Source of the DNA: a virus
Strand: one strand, 5' to 3'
IMG/VR virus record: IMGVR_UViG_3300027736_000029
Span: 1 to 64,000 of that record
DNA: 64,000 nt
A program made the translations under genes and the position numbers. Shown one piece after another: positions 57,679 through 64,000 of the stretch. Every line of letters starts with the position of its first letter. The first letter of the stretch is position 1. Below the pieces are notes generated by a model. The model made no database searches. It was not told where the DNA came from and worked only from the letters and a program-made list of their open reading frames with translations.

Positions 57679-58191
57679 TTATTTTTGGCTATAGTTGTCT
57701 AATGTTGCTTTTTCGTATGGAGTAAGGGATTCAACTCCGTTATCAACTACCTTGTCCAACAATTGGTCCAATGTTGGTATCTGTAGGTTTTTCTTCACTT
57801 GGTTCATTAATGCTGTCACAATGTCATCTTCATCATCTTCATCATAAGATATGTCAAAATCATTTTTTGTTTCAAATTCAAAGGTAATCGCACCTTCAGT
57901 CTCAGTCTCCAAATCAAATAAATGTTGTTTCATATCGTCCGTCATGAATACTGATACATTATCATTATACTCAGTCAATATGAATGAATCATACATGGGA
58001 TAAGAGGTTAGTTCCACAAACTCATGAATGTCCTCCATTTGGATTTCAGATTCAAAATGGAAAATAATAACACCACTACGGTATTGAAACTTTAAGTGAG
58101 TTGAATCAACCAACGGTTCCAAACAATGAGCAATCTCCTCACACTGTTCTGATTGAAAATTACCAAATACGGTTAACAAGTATTTCTTCAT
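57679..58191 (-). CDS. hypothetical protein
   Basis: C-terminal LDQLLDKV...G..SLT..EK..L; TATCTTTG upstream. Confidence 0.7.
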   Translation of the reverse strand: MKKYLLTVFGNFQSEQCEEIAHCLEPLVDSTHLKFQYRSGVIIFHFESEIQMEDIHEFVELTSYPMYDSFILTEYNDNVSVFMTDDMKQHLFDLETETEGAITFEFETKNDFDISYDEDDEDDIVTALMNQVKKNLQIPTLDQLLDKVVDNGVESLTPYEKATLDNYSQK

Positions 58192-58224
58192 ATTTTTTTG
58201 TTTGACAAAGATAAGACAATTATT

Positions 58225-58302
58225 CTAAACTCTTTTAGAATATCCAACAATTTGGTAAAAATCTTTTTTACCATCACAATAATCTTTAACCAATTCAAGT
58301 AA
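58225..58302 (-). pseudogene. possible orphan 3' gene fragment (LLELVKDYCDGKKDFYQIVGYSKRV*)
   Basis: Protein-like frame with a stop but no start, adjacent to the R-M island terminator. Confidence 0.3.
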
Positions 58303-58367
58303 TATAATAAAAAAGAATTAAACAGTCAAAAAAAAATCCCACCTTTTTAGGGGTGGGGTTAGTTATA

Positions 58368-59792
58368 CTAAAAACCTTCAAGGATAGAATCTTTAGGTAT
58401 TGAAAAATATTGTTTATTTAAACGTTTTTTTCTTTTAATCCACCAATCAGATTTAGAAACATATAGTAAATATTCAAAAACATCGGTAAATGGTTTTTTT
58501 GTCATAGTAGTCCAAAAAGTTTTAAATTCATCTGTTAAATTATTTTCAATATCTTCAATAGGTACTGTCCTTAATGCACCTGGTGATGAATTTCTATTAA
58601 CATCGTATGTGGTATATCCAAAATAATCTGTGGATATTTTTGTTGGGTTACCTGTAAAATAAAATGATTCTCCAGGGTTTGGATTTATTAAATAAACAAA
58701 TCCATATTTTTTTAATGATTCATGTCTAAAATAAAATCTTACTTCTTGTCGATGAGTAATCACTTTATAATTATTTATATCAGAAAATATTTCATTCGAT
58801 TGTAAAAGATTATTTTTAATATCATTAATATAGGTGGTAACGGTATTAATCTTACTTTGATTATTTTTCTTAAGCTCACCCAAATGCGGTAATCCATTGT
58901 AAGATAAAAGTGATATTAAATTATCTTCAGTTACAATCGTATTTTCATTAAAAATAAGTTCCATTCTTTGTTTAAAATTTTCTAAACTTTCATTTTTACA
59001 AGATAAAAATATACTTTCAGTTGGAACTGAACCTAAGTAAGTTTTTTTAAAAATATCATTATATGTGAAAACATCGTCATACCAAATATCACTCAATAAG
59101 ACCTCATCATTGTTATATTTTATAGAATAATCTTGATTATTAGGTTTTTCACAAATGAAATGACATAAAACTAAATCTTGGTCAACATTTTCAAAGAAAT
59201 TCTCAATATCTATAATTGATTTTAAAGTGACTGTTTTTTTAAAAATATCCCTAAATCCTTCAAACACTTTAGTAGGATTTTGAAATATTGTTTTAGGTAG
59301 GATATAATATACATGACTATTTTTTGGTGAAATATCTATAGTATGTAATATAAAAAAAACCGCTTCTTCCTTTATTGCCTTTATTGAATACGTATTTTTT
59401 AATTTTTTAATGACTTTGGTATGGGTTTTGGATGATTCGTTTGGTGTCCTAAAAGGTGGATTACCAAAATAAAAAATAGGATTATTATTTTTAGAGAAAT
59501 CAACATCATAAAAATTTTTAAATGATAATGTTAAATTTTTATCTCTCAACTCATCTATAACCCATTGATATTCCTCATCAATTTCAAAACCATATATATG
59601 ATTAAAATTGTAATTGTTTTTAACGTATCTTAAGATATTACCACTCCCAAAACTCGGTTCAACAAAATCATAATTGCTATAATCAAAATCAGCATTTAAT
59701 CCAAACAACTTTTCTATAGTTTCAATAGGTGTATTATATTGACCTAAAAGTTGTTTTTTATTTGCGGTATTCTTAGATACAGAATTTTTCAT
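58368..59792 (-). CDS. N6-adenine DNA methyltransferase (gamma class)
   Basis: LGQYNTP, EPSFGSG and GNPPF motifs. Confidence 0.85.
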   Translation of the reverse strand: MKNSVSKNTANKKQLLGQYNTPIETIEKLFGLNADFDYSNYDFVEPSFGSGNILRYVKNNYNFNHIYGFEIDEEYQWVIDELRDKNLTLSFKNFYDVDFSKNNNPIFYFGNPPFRTPNESSKTHTKVIKKLKNTYSIKAIKEEAVFFILHTIDISPKNSHVYYILPKTIFQNPTKVFEGFRDIFKKTVTLKSIIDIENFFENVDQDLVLCHFICEKPNNQDYSIKYNNDEVLLSDIWYDDVFTYNDIFKKTYLGSVPTESIFLSCKNESLENFKQRMELIFNENTIVTEDNLISLLSYNGLPHLGELKKNNQSKINTVTTYINDIKNNLLQSNEIFSDINNYKVITHRQEVRFYFRHESLKKYGFVYLINPNPGESFYFTGNPTKISTDYFGYTTYDVNRNSSPGALRTVPIEDIENNLTDEFKTFWTTMTKKPFTDVFEYLLYVSKSDWWIKRKKRLNKQYFSIPKDSILEGF

Positions 59793-60471
59793 TTATAATT
59801 TTTTCAATATTTTTTTTAGTAAAGATTTCACCTATCGTTTTATCACCTCTATTATAATTATAGAGGTTCTTTCCATCATTATAAATACTTAATAAATAAT
59901 GGTTATTTAATACCTTGTCATTATAATTTAATTGCCCCTCATAATTATTACCTTTATGTTGCCCTGATAAATAAGCCTTTTCAATTTCTCTGTTTTTTAC
60001 TGTCTTAGAAATCATATCTGATGGTAATATGAATATATCCATACCATCTTTAAACAATACTACCGCCAATAAATACTCAAATTCTTTAGGTTTAATCTGT
60101 TGAAAGGTACTGGTTGAAATGTTTCCACCATATTGTTTTGTGTTTTCTTTATACCCTTTCTTAGAATCTTTAATACTAATTGCCCTTTCATAATACGGTC
60201 CGTCACCCTTTACCATCATTCTAATTAATTTAGTTTCAATAGTATGTTTTTCTTCGGCAGTTAGTTGGTCATAGTTTTTACGAGAAACTCTGAACAAATC
60301 TTCAAATATCTCATTAGACAACAGTTGTTCCCCATTTTCACCAGCATTAGTTGATTTTTTAAATATGTCTATGTAAGGAAACCCACTAAATTTTAATATG
60401 TTAGTTTTATGAGTATTTAACTCTTTTATCTTCTCGTCTATTTGTTCAATAGTTAAAAAATTGTTTTCCAT
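59773..60471 (-). CDS. putative type II restriction endonuclease
   Basis: GE..E, YD...IETK, FQQIK motifs; overlaps the MTase start. Confidence 0.6.
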   Translation of the reverse strand: MENNFLTIEQIDEKIKELNTHKTNILKFSGFPYIDIFKKSTNAGENGEQLLSNEIFEDLFRVSRKNYDQLTAEEKHTIETKLIRMMVKGDGPYYERAISIKDSKKGYKENTKQYGGNISTSTFQQIKPKEFEYLLAVVLFKDGMDIFILPSDMISKTVKNREIEKAYLSGQHKGNNYEGQLNYNDKVLNNHYLLSIYNDGKNLYNYNRGDKTIGEIFTKKNIEKIINEKFCI

Positions 60472-60501
60472 ACTACAAAGATAAGGAAAAAATCTCACAT
60501 T

Positions 60502-62880
60502 TTATTGTGAGACTTTTGAAATGTTTTCAGTTTTTGTAATTCTAACCACATTGTCGGCCCAATTTGAAATTAAAGGATTGTGACTAATCACAAAGATTTT
60601 CTCAAAGTAGTCCTTCAACTTCATGAAGAAGTCCCCAACCATTTCCAAGTTTTCATTAGAAACCTTACCCCAAGTCTCATCGTAAACCGATATGTTAGGT
60701 TTTGGAAGTGAACATACCTTTGATAGTACCGCTCTAATTGCCAACGCTCCGATTGTCTTTTCATATCCTGAACCAGCTGTCATTGGTTTTTCAATACCTG
60801 TACCGTTATCAATCATGATAAAGTCAACCTCGTTCTTGTCGTTAATACGAATCTCTAAGTTAAAGAAACAAGAGTCCTGAAGGAGTCTTTGTAGTTCAGA
60901 GTTAATCAACGGCATCATGGTCTTCATAATCACCTTTGTAATACCGTTCTTACCAAACACCTCGACATACATCTTGTAAATCTTCTCACGTTCAAACTCT
61001 TCGGCAATCTTTAAGATAACCCCATTATTCTTTTCAATACGAGCATGAAGGTTTTCAATTTGATTTTGATTGGTTGATTGGATTCTTTCGTATCCACGTT
61101 TCTCGTTAATCAATTCATCAATACGTAATCCAGCCTTCACCAACTGAGCATCAATCTCGTTGTTCTTCTTAATCTTGTCTTGAACCTCTTCGTACCTCTT
61201 AAGTTTGTCTTTGGCTTGACCTAATTTCAATTCACTTGATTCCAATTGAATCTCATATTTTTCTTTGATGAGTTTGTTTCTCTCGTATTCATCAAAGTCT
61301 TTCTTAAGTTGAGTATAAGACTTTTCTTTGAAATCAAGGTCTTTCCATTGTTTGGATAACTTGTCAACCTTCTTTTCCCAATCTCCCAACTCATCAATCT
61401 TTTTCTTTGTGAGCGCCGCTTCCATCAATTTGATTCCGCAGTGTTCACATTGAATGCCATCTCCAAACTTCTTAACCAATTGTTCAATCTCTTCAACTTT
61501 GTTCTGAGCAAGGATGAGTTCACCGTTTGTGGTTTTCATTCCTTCTTTAACCTCATCATGTTTGTCTTCATGATAAAAATCTTTTGGTTCCACAATCTTA
61601 ACCTCTTTGATTTGACCTCTAAGTCTTTCACAAGAACCATCAAAATCTGTGATGTCTGATTGTAGTTTAATTGGGTTTAGGACAATAAGTTCTTGGTCGA
61701 TGTCACTATACTTTGACTTCAACAAGTTGTCTTTGTAGTCCTGACCTTTCTGTAATCTCAAATCAACATCCTTAACTTTCACATTAGATTCTTCAATCTC
61801 GGTTTTAAATTTTTGGATTTGTTCTGATGAACTGTCGTTATCCTGTTTCAAAGATTCTGTGTTGTAAACATTTGACATCATTCCTTTTGAGAACTCAGAA
61901 TAGATTTCTTTACCTGTCTCTTCTTTCTTTTTCAAGAACTCAAGACCCAAGAATCTGCTTAACACCTGACCACGAGCTGTTGGTTTTGCATCCAATAAAT
62001 CTTCAAGGTTTGATGCTGTTGTTACGATTGTCATCAAGAAGTCATCCATACTACCGATGGATGTTTTCATGAAGTTCTCGGTCTCTCTACGTTGTTCACC
62101 AGTAAAGTTCTGAAGTTGTCCATCAGCTAGTTTCTTGAAGAACTCCAACTCGGTCTTAACATTCCATTCACCTGTTTTGGATTTCTTTCTTTCAATCTTA
62201 CGAGCAATGATATACTCCTCACCGTCAATGATGATGTCACCCTTAACAACTACCGTGTTTTTATCGGTAAATCGATTGAAGATTTCTTCCGCCTTCTGTG
62301 TTTTTGTTGTTGTGTTGAAGAACAAGAACAATAATAAGTCTACCGTTAATACGGTCTTACCTCCAAAGTTTGGTGGGTCTGATTCAACCACGGTAATACC
62401 ATTACATTGGTCAAAGTCAATAACTTGGTTCTCACCATAAGATAAGAAGTTACTGAACTCAATTTTCTTGATGTGCCATTTCTTAAATGCAGTAACTTCA
62501 ACATCGTTGGCTGTCAATCTATTTTCAACCGCAGAATCAATTCCCATTACTTGTTCGTAATATTGTTCTTGACCTTTGGATTCCAACATTGACTTGATAA
62601 GTTCTCTTTGGTAGTTCTTATCCATGATGTTAACTGATACATCAATCGTTTGTTGTGTGTCCTCTGTGGTCTTAACCTTTGTGATGACATTGATATTGGT
62701 TGAGTTATATTTCTTTTGGAAATATTGCTTAACCGATTTGATTCTTTCTTGTGTGAAGTTCTCTGGTGTGTCTTCCCATACCACTTGGATATAAGGATTC
62801 TCCAATGATTCTACGTCTAACTTTGTTGACATTGTTTTGTAATTAAATTCTGGTTTCGGATTGAATAAATCCCATTTCAT
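60502..62880 (-). CDS. SbcC/Rad50/gp46-like recombination ATPase
   Basis: NFLSYG, NFGGKT, CEHC zinc hook, SGYEK, YDE and ISH motifs. Confidence 0.9.
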   Translation of the reverse strand: MKWDLFNPKPEFNYKTMSTKLDVESLENPYIQVVWEDTPENFTQERIKSVKQYFQKKYNSTNINVITKVKTTEDTQQTIDVSVNIMDKNYQRELIKSMLESKGQEQYYEQVMGIDSAVENRLTANDVEVTAFKKWHIKKIEFSNFLSYGENQVIDFDQCNGITVVESDPPNFGGKTVLTVDLLLFLFFNTTTKTQKAEEIFNRFTDKNTVVVKGDIIIDGEEYIIARKIERKKSKTGEWNVKTELEFFKKLADGQLQNFTGEQRRETENFMKTSIGSMDDFLMTIVTTASNLEDLLDAKPTARGQVLSRFLGLEFLKKKEETGKEIYSEFSKGMMSNVYNTESLKQDNDSSSEQIQKFKTEIEESNVKVKDVDLRLQKGQDYKDNLLKSKYSDIDQELIVLNPIKLQSDITDFDGSCERLRGQIKEVKIVEPKDFYHEDKHDEVKEGMKTTNGELILAQNKVEEIEQLVKKFGDGIQCEHCGIKLMEAALTKKKIDELGDWEKKVDKLSKQWKDLDFKEKSYTQLKKDFDEYERNKLIKEKYEIQLESSELKLGQAKDKLKRYEEVQDKIKKNNEIDAQLVKAGLRIDELINEKRGYERIQSTNQNQIENLHARIEKNNGVILKIAEEFEREKIYKMYVEVFGKNGITKVIMKTMMPLINSELQRLLQDSCFFNLEIRINDKNEVDFIMIDNGTGIEKPMTAGSGYEKTIGALAIRAVLSKVCSLPKPNISVYDETWGKVSNENLEMVGDFFMKLKDYFEKIFVISHNPLISNWADNVVRITKTENISKVSQ

Positions 62881-62881
62881 T

Positions 62882-63052
62882 TTATTGGTTTTGCGTGTTT
62901 CCTGACATTTCTGCCTCACGTTGTTTTGTTAATTCAGCAAGTTGTCTTTTCATTGACTCTTGGAATAATTTTTGCATTGCACTGTCAGCGGCCTTCATTT
63001 TTTGATTTCTCGCCTCAACCTTTTTTCTGTGTTCCTTTTTTCCTTTACCCAT
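62882..63052 (-). CDS. small basic helical protein, 56 aa (MGKGKKEHRKKVEARN...)
   Basis: Manual translation. Confidence 0.65.
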   Translation of the reverse strand: MGKGKKEHRKKVEARNQKMKAADSAMQKLFQESMKRQLAELTKQREAEMSGNTQNQ

Positions 63053-63063
63053 TGTTTTTGTTT

Positions 63064-63414
63064 TTAATTATTTGGTGATGGTCGATTCACTTCGAACCAC
63101 TCGATGATTGCGTTGATTGCCCATACTGACCCTGAAGCCAACATACCATCAAAGAACCATGAGTAATAATTGTGAACTCCAAGTAATTCATGTACAGGTG
63201 AATATAAGAAAATTCCGTAGAAGAATCCAACCCAAACTGAACAACACATCATACAAGATAACATCTTTGATAAAAATGCTCCGAATCCGTTTAATGGGTA
63301 TTTACTATCCCCCCACTTGTTAATGAAATTTCTTGGTCCGTTAAAGATTGAACCATAAACTAAGATGTTGCTCATACCATAAGCCATAACCATCCATAAT
63401 AATAATTGTACCAT
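63064..63414 (-). CDS. membrane protein with CxxC (DUF1360-like)
   Basis: SCMMCCSVWVG; hydrophobic helices. Confidence 0.6.
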   Translation of the reverse strand: MVQLLLWMVMAYGMSNILVYGSIFNGPRNFINKWGDSKYPLNGFGAFLSKMLSCMMCCSVWVGFFYGIFLYSPVHELLGVHNYYSWFFDGMLASGSVWAINAIIEWFEVNRPSPNN

Positions 63415-63417
63415 ATC

Positions 63418-63588
63418 TTATTCGAAAATTATTCCTTCTTTATCAACATACTGTTTAAAGGCTTCCACGGCCTCTTCTTTTGTTGAGTGGTAACCAATAA
63501 TCGCGTCGTGCTCTGTTGGGTCAATTGCGACAAATGACCCTGCTAATGTTTCATAGACAAATGAGTCTAAAATTTCTTGTGTTATCAT
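63418..63588 (-). CDS. small hypothetical protein, 56 aa (MITQEILDSF...)
   Basis: Manual translation. Confidence 0.6.
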   Translation of the reverse strand: MITQEILDSFVYETLAGSFVAIDPTEHDAIIGYHSTKEEAVEAFKQYVDKEGIIFE

Positions 63589-63596
63589 ATTTCTTT

Positions 63597-64000
63597 TTAT
63601 TTGTATAATTTATCGTCCAGGTTTGACCCCTTTAAGTAGACGGCTTGTTTATTTTCTTGGAACTTTTGAATCTCTTGAATCGTCTGTTCCAATTCTTTTA
63701 TTTTTTTGTCTTTCTCCAAAGTCTCTTGTCTAACTTTGGCTAAAGTGTTTTGTAATGCATCAAGTTTAGACTTTGATAAATTGTCCGTTGTTTCCTTCTC
63801 TACGACCACTTCTACAGGTGGTTTAGCTAAATGTTCATCTAGAGTTCGTCTAAGTTCATCTAGTTCCTCATCCTTCTTAGACATTTTATAGTGGAAAATA
63901 TTTTCGTTTTCTGTCGTTATAGTGGAAAATTCTTGTCTAATTATACCGATTTCGGTAGTTTTAGTGGAAAATTCTTGTTCCAACTGTTGTATTTTTAACA
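63597..64000 (-). CDS. coiled-coil protein, partial (5' end outside window)
   Basis: Open frame to window edge; QEFSTxTTE repeat. Confidence 0.65.
   Translation of the reverse strand, partial: LKIQQLEQEFSTKTTEIGIIRQEFSTITTENENIFHYKMSKKDEELDELRRTLDEHLAKPPVEVVVEKETTDNLSKSKLDALQNTLAKVRQETLEKDKKIKELEQTIQEIQKFQENKQAVYLKGSNLDDKLYK

Noticed and set aside
4114-63891. Many short antisense or nested ORFs in the track (e.g. 5496-5906, 15635-15913, 31694-32098, 51442-52060, 62135-62440)
   Set aside because: Shadow frames of longer genes with recognisable motifs
1-64000. Stop-codon reassignment as seen in some Bacteroidota phages
   Set aside because: Conserved genes are full length under code 11, and TAG and TGA both end genes at sensible positions
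1-64000. Bacterial chromosome or eukaryotic giant virus origin
   Set aside because: No housekeeping operons; dense small hypothetical genes, endolysin, gp46-like ATPase, bacterial promoters and sigma factor point to a large phage

Overview
This window looks like a 64 kb segment of a large AT-rich bacteriophage genome (jumbo or T4-like lineage, standard genetic code) that most likely infects a Bacteroidota host. Host evidence: TAnnTTTG promoters, a T9SS C-terminal sorting domain, a Bacteroidota-type sigma-70 and an Hc1-like protein. It holds about 100 densely packed, mostly minus-strand genes. Recognisable ones include an SbcC/Rad50-like ATPase, sigma-70, SmpB, initiator-like tRNA-Met, DnaJ, thioredoxin and glutaredoxin, three DNA methyltransferases (one paired with a putative restriction endonuclease), a GH19 endolysin, a lytic transglycosylase, an amidase, and an LpxH-like/GT2/cytidylyltransferase cassette. 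Most notable: (1) a 7-gene cell-surface operon (15939-22867) combining a T9SS-tagged double-cohesin/dockerin scaffold, a C-type-lectin-dockerin, a CsgG-like lipoprotein, an N/Q/G-rich beta-barrel protein and a secreted nuclease; (2) an ~830-nt structured non-coding RNA (GOLLD-like) between tRNA-Met and smpB; (3) unrelated proteins that share an N-terminal 'IITE/LNE' leader and a TATTTAT promoter, suggesting capsid targeting and protease processing; (4) apparently leaderless transcription from two promoter classes; (5) a coiled-coil gene followed by a repeat-containing stem-loop RNA; (6) a DnaA-box and repeat-rich non-coding region at the left end. All family calls come from reading motifs by eye; no database searches were run.
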